Of a DNA stretch of 64,000 bases, positions 38,501-49,729 are shown in pieces. This stretch comes from Monocercomonoides exilis PA203 (taxonomy: Eukaryota; Protista; Preaxostyla), in the NCBI GenBank assembly GCA_001643675.2, contig LSRY02000047.1:248001-312000 (forward strand), given 5' to 3'. Position 1 is the stretch's first letter, and each line of letters begins with the position of its first letter. Under the pieces are notes generated by a model. It had not been told where the DNA came from. It saw only the letters and a list, made by a program, of their open reading frames with translations, and ran no database searches. The position numbers and the translations under genes were made by a program.

Positions 38501-39533
38501 TAAAAAGATTGAGTTTCTCGTAAGATTGAGAGATTATTCAGGCGAATGCATAAATGATGTGAAAGATAAGCAAATTGAAGCAAAAGGCAAATGCTCTCCA
38601 CTTCTCGGAATTGGAAAAAGTTCATATGATCCATTAAGTTTGCCTTCTATTCTTTGAAAACAATTTTAATTTTTATGCAATTGCTTTTTCTTGTTTTTAT
38701 TTTTTTGGAACATTATCAATCTATTTATGTATTTCAAAATGAAACTTTCAGATACTTATCCTGCTGAGCCGGCTGCTATTGAGCCAATATGTTATCAATC
38801 TCCGTCTCCAAACAAATTATTCACACCAACAGCAGACTGCACAATTCAACTTTCAGCAGAGAATATCAGCATTGACGCAGTTGATAGACAAGCTAAACTT
38901 CTTTCATTTTATTCAAAGGAGAAAGATGCATTATTTTATGGAATAGATGGATTTATTTCGGTGGATTCTGGAATAAGAAAGCAGGAAGGGTACTTTTTCA
39001 TTGATTCAACGTACAAATCACAGGCAGAAAGTCATTTTGATGGAGATTCGCCGCATGTTTTCAAAGGTGGAGAGCAAACACAGGTTGTTGCTGAGCTGAT
39101 GGTTAGCAAGTATGAAGAGAACAAGTGGAAGCACATTGTGCAGATGGGGAACGAAGCAAGCAAAATATCAATTAAACCAGGCTCGCAAGCGAAGAGAGAG
39201 GATATCGGTTTTGCAATGAGTGTGGGAGTGGATATATATGCGGAACTGTCTCAGACGGTGGTTGTGACGACGAGATCGTTTAAGACGTCGGCTGTGGGGC
39301 TGATCACTGCATTAGGAGGAACTTTTGTGTATTTGAACTACATTGGGAAGCTGATACCAGTGGTGGAATTCATATTCAGCGGGAAATTGTTCTGTGGCTG
39401 CTGCAAAAAGAAGTGGAAAAAGTCGAACTTAAAAAGAATTGTGGGGAGGGAGCCTCTTCTGAACGATGAGAGAAAGAAGATACAGATGGAAAGTGATGAT
39501 GTGACTCAAGACATGGTTGGCTATGCATTGTGA
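35565..39533 (+). CDS. Membrane protein with signal peptide, Kelch repeats, Cys-rich (GCC2/GCC3, ephrin-receptor-like) repeats and three TM helices, 2 exons (~1278 aa)
   Basis: About 10 Kelch blades (LIGGG, YIWGG, YIFGG, FIFGG, YAFGG, FVFGG, YIVGG...). CSPGSFF..CDFCEDGSY..CEKCPVGT..CVPCKDGIYQ repeats. TM helices near 38175, 38360 and 39295. Phase-1 intron 38620-38751 joins ORFs 35565-38657 and 38691-39533. Confidence 0.85.
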
Positions 39534-40993
39534 AAGAATGAATTCATTTGAGACTGAATTTGATTCCTTCAATTGCAATATCTATCTATTTATTAATTTT
39601 TTTTTACTTTAGCTGTATTGCATTTTTATAAGTTTCTTTTAATAAAAATGTTAAAAATGAGTTTAGTTTCTGTTCTGTTTAGTTTATATTCTTTTTCTCA
39701 AGAAATGTAAGTGGAATGATGTAATTTATTTATGCATTTATTTGATTATGAAAACCAGAGCAACCATTGCGATTAAAAAGTGATGGTTTTTTTACTCCTT
39801 TTTTTTTTTTTTTTGAACATTTTATCTTTACATTTCAAAAAATTATGATTTAATTTACAAAACATAATCAATTTCTTGTTTTTCTTTGTTTAATTATTTC
39901 CAAAAATTATTAATAATTAATGAGAACTATGAATAACAAAACTTCCTCTCTCTATGTCTCTGTCTCCGTTTCTATCTCTATCTTTATCTCTGTCTCTCTC
40001 TTTTCTCTTTTTTAATTGAGGACATTCACCAAAAATTATTTAAAATGAGAACTTTTGCATTCAAAATGGAAATTTTTCAAACTTAAATATAATTTTTACA
40101 AACAAAATAATGTTTTTTGCATTCAAATTAATAATTGTTTAAAACTGAACTAAATTATATTCACTCTCTCACGTAATTTAGTGAAAACTATTTTTTCACT
40201 TTTGAATGGGAAATTATTTTGCGTTATTATTATTTACATGTGTGTGAGAAATTTACTGGAAAATATTTTTTTTTCCCAGAAAATTTGTAAATTTTTAAAA
40301 AAAATTTTTATTCATATGAAAACAGAAGATATTTTCATTTCGAACTCAAAAATTACAACAAAAATTATTTTTATTCGAAAAAAAAAAATCAAATTCGATA
40401 ATTTATTATTCAATTTCGTAATTTATTTATTCAATTTCGAAATTAAAAATTTTTGATTTCTGGAATGAATAACTTGTGTTTTTGGTTAATAATTCTCTTA
40501 ATTTTTATTTCATCAGTTTTCTTTGTTTATCAATATTTGTAAAATGATGCATTTTCAATTAAAAAAAAATTTCATTCATTTTGAATGTCTATTTCTTTAA
40601 TTGAAGTATTTCAAAAAGAAAATGAATTCATTTTCGTGAAAAAATTGATGTTTTTCTATTTTTTCACCGGAGAAACAAAAAAAAATTATTGGTAATAATA
40701 TTCTTGTTTATTGTTATACAATAAATGTTATTGAAAATTAACAATTTTTATTTACTTATTTTATAGAATGAATGTTTTTATTATTTCCATCATTTGAGTG
40801 ATGATTTTCGAAAATAAAAAAAAAATTGATTTATTGATTGTGACAATTTAAAAAAACACTTTTCTATAAGTTATTATATTTGATTGGTTAAAAAATAACT
40901 TGAAGTTTTCCGAAATCCATTCTCGAGATTTATAATAATTTTTTGTTATAAACGAATTTTGAAATTGAAATATTCATTTTCGAAATTGAATTA

Positions 40994-41400
40994 TAGTTAG
41001 TGTTAATAATGGAAGACACTTTCAATAATTGTGGACAGTGGCTTTATCTCAACAACCGTTAAAAGTTGCTTTTTCACAATTAACCTAATTATTCCCTCAA
41101 TGCATATTAACTTATAAGACATACAGAAATGAAACAACTTTCTCAGCAGAATTTTAAAAAACACATTTTGAATATTCGGAGAAACTTGAATAATCTTATT
41201 TCTCCTTATTTCACCGAAAAATAAAAAATATATCTTTCAATATTCTTGGGAGCAAGTTGTTTCATTTCTGTATGTCTTATAAGTTCATATGCATTGAGGG
41301 AATAATTAGGTTAATTGTGAAAAAGCAACTTTTAACGGTTGTTGAGATAAAGCCACTGTCCACAATTATTGAAAGTGTCCACTATTATTAACACTCACTA
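40994..41400. mobile_element. Tc1/mariner-like MITE family E (~407 bp, ~147-bp arms)
   Basis: TA|tagttagtgttaataat...cagaaatgaaacaactt is the reverse complement of aagttgtttcatttctg...attattaacactcacta|TA, with few mismatches. A ~39-nt poly(T) follows. Confidence 0.85.
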
Positions 41401-41403
41401 TAA

Positions 41404-41445
<42 letters not shown>

Positions 41446-42029
41446 TGAGTTCTTTATATCTGTAAGTGAAATCCCATAGTTGAAAAAAAATCAAAACACA
41501 TATTCATATTATCCAAAAAGCGTTTCATTGAAAAGTGCAATTTGACTTTCTGATTGCAATAAATGTTCAAATAATATGGGGGAAAATACCGACTTTTAAG
41601 CTTTTTTTGCACAAAGCACAAAAAAATTTTTTTACTCATAACTTTATTTCTTCTTCTCAGATTTAGAAATAAATTTGATTTTCATATCTGTAAACAAACA
41701 TCATTAAAAAATAAATTGAGTTGTCAAGTGACTAAATATGTTGCAAAAAATATCATTATATGCTAGACGTTAGCGAATTTTCATGTTTACTTCAACTCAT
41801 TTTCATTTAGAAAAAAAATTTAAAAATTTAGCCATTAAGAAAAAATTCTAAAATGAAAATTTAATATAAATCATAAAATATAATCCAAAAATAGGATTAG
41901 CAGCATAACGCAACGCTCATTTGAAAAAAAACTATTTTCAAAGTTTTTTTAATTTTTCTGATTTACTGTTATAAAATAAAAATTCGGCTTCACATTGCGA
42001 GAAAGCTCTCTTCTGAATGTAACTCAACG

Positions 42030-43534
42030 CTATCTGTTTTCATTTATTTCATATCTGCCTTCATTTCTAGAAACCTTTTGATCTAATTGTTCATTCCCAC
42101 TGTCAGCTCCTTCTTTTGAACGATCTTTCTCCACATCTTCTTTTTGAGTAACTTCGTCTTCGTGAAATCTCATTTCCGCCTTTTCAGCACTTTCTTCGTC
42201 TCCATCAGCATTCTCATTGTAATCTTCATCATTTTCGCTTTCCTTTGGCATTTGCCAATTTTCATACCCAATTCCTGTCTCTCCAGGCTCAACAACACTT
42301 TCACGTCTTTCCTTCTGTTTTTTGTCCTCTCCGCTCAAAATAGCCATCGCCTTCTGCTCTTCTGCCCCGACGCTCTTCACACCCACCAGCAGCAGCATCA
42401 GAAGCGTCAGCGAAAACTCCCCCAGCGCTGTTCTGATCAGCGAAATGAGTGAGGTTTCGCTCTGTGTCAAGTCCACTTCATAGAGGAAGATGTAAAGCAC
42501 TGCCCGCGCAGTAAACAAGACGCAGCAGACAATAGACTGCGCAGCAATCTTCATGCGCAGCTTTGAGAATGCAGTGGTTTTTGCGTGCTTTTGCGGTTTT
42601 CTTCTCTTTGCACCTTTCCGGCTCCTCCTGCTCTGCTTTCGGTCAATTGGACTTCCATCTTGAAAAGAGCTTGATGGTTCATTCAAATCCCCGCTCTCTC
42701 GCGCCAATAGCGGAGATGCTTCAAAAGAGCTGTTCCTTTCAACTTTTTTTATTTTTAAACTAATCTGAGACAGATGGCTGTTTAGAAAATATCCTTTTTT
42801 GATAAAAAAAAAATTGAATTTTCACAAATCAACATAAATCATGGAAAAATCATCACAAAAAGTCATAACCAGGAAAAAAAAAGCACACCATAAGCAAAAA
42901 AGAATAAAGATACAACAAAATTCAGGAGCACATAGTAAAACCCTTCAGCCACCAAAATATCCTCCATGGCTTGCTGGCCAAGTGCATCCAATACCAAGAT
43001 TGTAATCATAAATACCACTGGAATGATTATGCAAAATAATATAATCCCAATTGAAATAAACAACTTAACGCTGGAATCTTTGTTGTTTTGATGAACAACG
43101 CTTGCCCATTGCACTAATATAAAAGAATATGCTAAATCAAAAAAGTAGTCAGAGCCAGCGAGTAATAGCCTTTGATGTGACGAAATACTCATAAGCTTCA
43201 AGCATGTAGATTCCCAAACAATGTCGGCAACTCCTCTTAAAACACAAAAAATATTCAATATGTTACTTATAAAAAAATCAAAAAAGACCTGAAGAGAGGT
43301 GCAAATGGAATAAAGGCATGAAAAAGAAATTTTGGATTTATACGGCATCTTTTCAAGCGCAAGGCTTTTAAAATTTCCGATCTGAAAAATTCAAAAATTG
43401 AAATCAATGCAGTTACAAGAAGTAATCCACTTTAGAATTAGAAAAATGTTTTCAAAGAAAATATAAATGTCTCGTCAATACCATTCAATCCATCTAGTTG
43501 GCTCACATAAAGGATCCAACATTATTTTAGACAT
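42030..43534 (-). CDS. THH1/TOM1/TOM3 (GPR137-like) 7-TM protein, 4 exons
   Basis: Introns 43481-43430, 43288-43236 and 42869-42778 give MSKIMLDP...LLLVTALISIFEFF...KFLFHAFIPFAPLFRGV...AYSFILVQWA...FFFAYG...CCVLFTARA...GEFSLTLLMLLL, with seven hydrophobic segments and an acidic tail. Confidence 0.7.
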
Positions 43535-43614
43535 ATCATCCCCTCTCTATTCAAAAAGCAAAAATGTCCAATAAGATCTTTGCCAAAAGAAAATATTTAA
43601 AGAGTTATTTTTTA

Positions 43615-45058
43615 ATGAGCAGAAGGCCTCTTCCAAAGGCTAATTCAAGAGTATTGCGAATTTCATTTTTGTTTTAATATTTTTTAAATTGTATCTTTTT
43701 GATTCACATGTGCTTATTTCCTTTGCTGTTTTGAATTGATTGCTTTTAGAATATTATTGTTGAAACAGGACAAAGAAATGCAGCCCCAGATAGTTTAATC
43801 GTCGCAGATCCAGAGCTTGTTCAGTCGATATTTTCTAATGCAGAACCAGCAGTTGTAGCTCGACCCAGCGTACAAAAAGATGATCAAAAGCAAAACGTTA
43901 TTCCTCCTGTTTCATCTGTTTGAAAACGCAAAATTTTTAACAAACTTATTTTCAGTTTTTAATGTGACTTTGTTTTTTTTTAATTTTATATTTTTAGAAG
44001 CGTTCTGCACAAGAAAAGCATTCGTATGCAAAAATTCACGCAAGTCGAAAAAAGCCTGCAACTCCTTCAACTCCTCCAAGGGCAACTGGTTCTGTACAGT
44101 TTTCATCTCCAAGATACTCTCCATCAAGCACTGAAGGAGCTGTTGAAGAAACTCCTTTTGTGGTCATTCATCAGGATCAATATTCTCAATCAAACAGTTC
44201 TCCTCGACTACCACCATTAGATGAACAAGCTACAACTACTCAGCAAATATCAGAGCAGCAAGTTATTTTGCCGTCTCAATTTATTCAACAGCCACAGTTT
44301 ACAGCTCAAAGCCATTCAATTTTGGATTTGACAACTGTCACAGAAGTTGAAAATGAAAATGCATTTGAGTTCGAATCTGAAGAGGGAAATATGCAGAGTT
44401 TTGGCGAAGAAGGAGAAGGAGAACTTGATCAGTTTGAGAAAGAATTTAATAAAGATCTCTATGAAGAAGATGGTATCCTCTCTCAAAGAGATGAAGATCA
44501 GGAGGAAGATGATGGTCTGAATGATAAGAAAGAGACATTTGAAGATTATGCAGACGCTATCAGAGCTTCCAAGTCAAACCAAAACGTCAAAAATACTTCT
44601 GCCGAGAAGGGTTTCACTTCATCTTCTTCTCCCACTTCTGATCAAAAAGTTGCTACAGCATCACCATCATCAACAACCCATTCACCTTCAAACACTTCTA
44701 TTTCATCACATCCTGCTTCACCTACTTCTTCGATTGCTTCTTCTCCTTCTTCTTCCCCTTCAAAGCCTTCATACACCCCATACACCCTCTCAGACTTTCT
44801 TTCGCTTCCATCTCCCCCTGCTCGGCGCGGTGGGCTGGGAGCTGACATAGAGAATGAGGAAGTTAAAAGGAAAAGAGAGGAAAAAGAAAAAGCAATGGCT
44901 TATGCGGAGAAGGTGAAAAAAAGAAACATGGAGGCACTGAGGCTGAAGGCGAGAGAAAAGGAGAAGGAAAAGCTTGCGGGAGGGAAATCGGGTTTGTTTA
45001 TTTTTAATGTTATTAGATGCATTTTGGTTGCTTCTAAATTTTTGAATGAAAAAATTGT

Positions 45059-45122
<64 letters not shown>

Positions 45123-45989
45123 AATAATAAAAAATGAATTTTGAAATATCTCAATTTCAAAGCAGGAAGTCTTTCTTCGACTCCCTCTGCTGTCCGCAAG
45201 TCACCCGAGGAAGAGAAAGAGGAAGCCATCAAAAAGAAAGCCGAGGCCTCAAAAAGAAAGAAGATGCTTGAATTTGCCTCGAAGATTCCCAAACCAAAAA
45301 TTGCACCTAAGCCATCAGGAACAAGAGCTGCTTCGACTTCTTCTTCCTCTTCTTCAGCTGTTACTCGGGCATCATCATCATCTTCTTCTTCTTCTTCCTT
45401 ATCATCCAGATCATCCGTTTCCCGCTCCTCTTCCTCTTCACGCATCCCATCAAAATCGCCCCGTGTATCAGCAACTGCTGCTCCTTCTTCTGCTTCTGCT
45501 AATTCTTTGCCGTTTTCCGGTGCCGAAGACTTTATTGGCGACGACGATGAAGAGCTGAGGCGATTAGAGGAGAAAGTGGCGCTGCTGTCTGTTCGGCACT
45601 CGAAGGACGTAGAGACGGCAGAAGATGTGATTGAGAAGATTAATCTGCATGAAGAGAAATACGGTGCTGATAGTGGTATAAAACCTTCAGCAGGAAGAAT
45701 GAGTGCCGGAAAAATTAATGTTCAAAATAAAAAAAGTGGGTGGAAAATGCCGGAAATTGTCATGCCAAGTAGCGATTGTGCAAATGATTCGGAACTAAAG
45801 AAGCCAAATAGAATGGGAGACAGAAAAGAACTTGGGTCTAAAAGCAGTTCGTCTAAGGCTCGCTCTTTTCAGATGCCGTCTTCTGGTCAAGGAAAAGAGG
45901 AAATGATGTTTATGAAAGAGATGACTGAAGACGACATTATTAAGAACGCAAAAGTTGCAGAGTTGTATGCGAAAATGATGGAGGGTTGA
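43615..45989 (+). CDS. JHY: JHY (C11orf63)-like ciliary protein, 4 exons
   Basis: Introns ~43651-43749, ~43918-43997 and ~44992-45162 join in frame. Motifs YTPYTL.DF, RRGGLGAD......K......AYAEKVK.RN, KR.KMLEFASKIPKPK and L..RH.KD match the JHY C-terminal domain as recalled. Confidence 0.7.
45059..45121. repeat. (TC)n followed by poly(T), inside an intron of the JHY-like gene
   Basis: Read directly; reverse-complement analogue of 34922-34989. Confidence 0.9.
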
Positions 45990-46327
45990 AGGATTTTTTT
46001 TGTTAATGTATATTTTTGAATGATCGTTCTTTGTATCTTTCTAGTTTTTTAAACCAGAATACTAAAGATATGAAAATTGCAAAACTTATTTAAAGACTTT
46101 TTTTAACATTCATTTTTACGGTTGGAATATTCTTTGAAGAATTATCTAAGATATAATTTAAAAGTAAGCATGTCTGAAATGAAGATAATTCATTGTGAAA
46201 AAAATTTTTGGCCATAACATAATTTTCGAAGATATGCGAACTCAATTTTCATGATTTTTCGGCTCACTTAAAGCACTGATTTTTGCTCGATATTGAGCCG
46301 AGCTTATTTATTTATGATTAAGATTTT

Positions 46328-49300
46328 ATGTTTGCTATAGTATTCCTTCTATCATTTTTAAACTGTTTTCAACCTCGTTAATCCTGTTTTGTTAATTTTT
46401 TGCAACTTGACTTGATATTAGGGTTATTTGCAGAGTTATCTGCAATACAAATTATTCCCACACATCAAAAAATAAATAAAAATTTTATTTCAAAACAAAA
46501 TCAAGAAGTTATTCTTGATCCAATCATTGAAGTTCCAGGAATTGGAGCTTCTCGCCTTGAAGTTTTACATAAAAAGCATGCATATACTTACCCAATAAAG
46601 GAATATGCACGTGATAAATGGAAATTGTTTTGGGTATTCTGTTGTTTTTGTTTTTATTCAGAAATATTCCATAAAAAAATAGATTTCCTCAGATATTATT
46701 ATCCCATTCGTCAGCTCTAAATATGCAAAAGACTGGATCGTTAATTACGATGAAATGCAAAAAGAATATCAAAACAAAGGAAATATTGAAGTGAGGCCTC
46801 TGGGCTATGGAACGACTGATGTTCGATAAAATTTTTTGATCTTTACGAATACAATGAAATATTTATTTCCAACGATTACACATTTCTGACTTTTAGGGAA
46901 TAGACTTTCTGTTTCCTTGGTTTTATGGATCTACTGTGTTTGGAATGATGAATGATTTTTTCGAAAAACATGGATACGAACGGGGTGTCAACTTGTTTGG
47001 AGCACCGGTATGATCGATTTTAAATTATGTAACAAGTTCATTTATCTTATATTGTTGAAATTATTTTATTTATTATTTTGATTGCGAACGTATTATTGTG
47101 CATTAACCATTTATCCTAATTCCGTGAATTATATCATTCTCCAAGTATGATTTTCGAACTTTTTCGGTGGACGGATGTATGAAAAATAACCGTAGCACTC
47201 ATCCGTTCAGCATGCTTAAATCGTTGATTGAGGAGGTGCATATGAAAAGCGGGAGAAAAGTGCATTTGCTTGGACATTCGCTGGGTGGAAATATCATTTA
47301 CAGATTCATTACTCAAGAAAAGTGGAGAGAAGAACTGAAGAAAATGAATGCAAAGAAACTTGCAAGTGTAAACAACAGTTCAAGAAATGCAGATACACGT
47401 GAACATGAAGAAGATGAATGCAATGGAGATGGATATGTTGATGAAGAGTGGGTAAAAAATCATATTGAATCGTTTATCAGTCTGTCCACTCCATTTGGTG
47501 GCTCTCTCCATTCGCTGCTGCTGATGTTTGCATCTCCATTGGAAATGGGTGGAAGAGAAGAAAAGAAGGAATTGTTGAAAGAGGATAAAGTCTTTTTAGG
47601 CTTATCAGAGAAGAAAGATGGCAAACAAAACAGATTTGAGCATTCAAGTGATTATTCTTCAATGGACAGATTTGAAAGGAATGTTTGTCCAAGACACATG
47701 AAAGATAGATGGGAAAAGAGGGATATTTATCAATGTCTTAAGCAGCACAAGGAAGGATGTGAGAAACTCCAGATTAAAAAGAAGATGAGCTGGCTGAACA
47801 AATCAAGATGGAATGACTGCGCTCACTTTTCAATGCATCCGAAAAACTCTTCAAGAGAATTTGCAAATAATCAAATTAATTATGACTCTAATGACAGCAA
47901 AATAGTTTATGAACAAATTGATGATTTTGAGCATCCTTGTATTCATTTGCATTATGAGTCAATTGCTTCAAAATTTGATCCGCAATATAATAACCTTCAA
48001 TCCGGAACAGAACATTTTGTCAATTTAGGAATGTCTTATAAAAGTGATGTTTCTCTCGACTCAAAAGTTAACAGCTCGAAACAAAGAAACAAGAAAATGG
48101 ATGAGCAGAATTCTGTGACTGTGCTAAATTATTCCACTTCATATGAATCAAAACGAACAAATGATTTGGTGAAGCCTTCGGTGGCATTTGAAAATCTTGT
48201 GTGGAGCTTCTTTCCTGACTGGGATAGAGAAATGATAAGTGCTATTTATAAAATGCTGCTGAGTTCAACTGCTTCAGTGGAAAATTCTGAAAGTGCAGAA
48301 GAAAGAAAGAAAGAACATGTGAAGCATTCGGTGAAGGAGAGAAGTAATAGCGGAACATATGAGAATCTGAATAGTGAAAGCGCTTCCAACAGCTCCAAGT
48401 TGTTTAAGATTTCATCACATTTACATTCAAAATTGCTTCGTGATAAAGTGGAGGAGAAAAATAAAGAGATTCAATCTTTTACAAAACAAAATGAAGATTC
48501 GGATAAACACAAAATAGAGTTGAAAAACGGGAATTACACTTGTTTGAAACCATTTATAACGAAAGACGAGCTTCATAAAATGATTCAGTCATTAGGTATG
48601 CATTTAAAAAGAATGAAGTGGCATTCTTGTTTTTGTGTGAGAGAGTATTTTATGTGATTTACGGTTTTGCTTTAATTGATTGAATCTATGGAATTATCAA
48701 ACTTGAAATCGATATGTTTTGGAATAATGTATTTCTTTCTTTGTTTTATTCTTCAGGTGCTCTAATGATGCTAGTTCCGGTATCTCCGCCTTATTCTGAC
48801 AATACGCCTATATTCTCAATTGACGATTCTTATTATTCGCTAAGCAACATTTCTTTAGCGTTCAATTTGCGAAACTTATCGGTTTGATGGATTTTATTTT
48901 ATTTTATTTGATTTTTTTAACATATTTATTTCAAAATTGAATGTTAATCTTATCAATAAACTTGATTCATAAAACTCTCCTTTTAATAATCTCTTCTTCA
49001 AATTTTTACTTATTTTTTTGAATTGTTTAGTCTCTTCTTTCATCGTATTCTCATCATTATCCTCCCCTCAGTGTGTTTCCAACTCCACCGATATCTTCTC
49101 ATTTCATTTACTCTTCAAATGTTAGCACGCTGAGTCGATTTGCACTTTACACAGAGAATCCCTTTTCAACTTCCCGTTTTCATCCAAATGAGATGCCTAA
49201 GAATACCTCTTCTCCTGCTCCATTTACAAATGTTATTATCGAGAAAGGAGATGATGGTGATGGAACTGTTGCACTTAAATCGCTTCTTGATATTCCTCGC

Positions 49301-49534
49301 CAATGGATTGAACAGAATGAAAAAAATAGAAAATTAAATTTTGATAGAGACGAAAGAAAGCTTGATATTTTGAAAGTTAAGCATGCAACAAAGAACGCAT
49401 CCATTGAGCATTCACATTTATCATCGCAGTCATTTTCTCTGCATCATTTCCCTTATCTATCTCATACTTCAATTCTTTTTGAACAAAAAGTGTGGGAGAC
49501 TATTCTAAATATTACCTCACACGCACAAATTTGA
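46328..49534 (+). CDS. LCAT / group XV phospholipase A2 family acyltransferase, 7 exons, with a large insertion
   Basis: Hydrophobic N-terminus, then PIIEVPGIGASRLEV, GYERGVNLFGAP|YDFR, KVHLLGHSLGG (nucleophile), WV.NHIESFISLSTPFGGS, DGDGTVAL.SL (Asp) and SHTSIL (His). Six GT..AG introns restore a continuous frame. Confidence 0.85.
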
Positions 49535-49729
49535 ATGATAGATTTGAGAAATGCATGCATTCTTTATATATTTTTATTTAAGATTTTTGGAAAATTGCAC
49601 ATATTTTCCCGGCTCTTTTTACAATATTTTTATCTTTTGTAATCACTCTTAAGTTTTCTCACAATTTATTTGAAAGAATTTCTTAAAAATAGTAAATATT
49701 ATTACTGAATAAATTTATTTAGCAATATA

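Noticed and set aside
40340-40460. Short tandem aatttatt..ttcaatttcg duplication
   Set aside because: Only two low-complexity units; plausible by slippage in AT-rich DNA.
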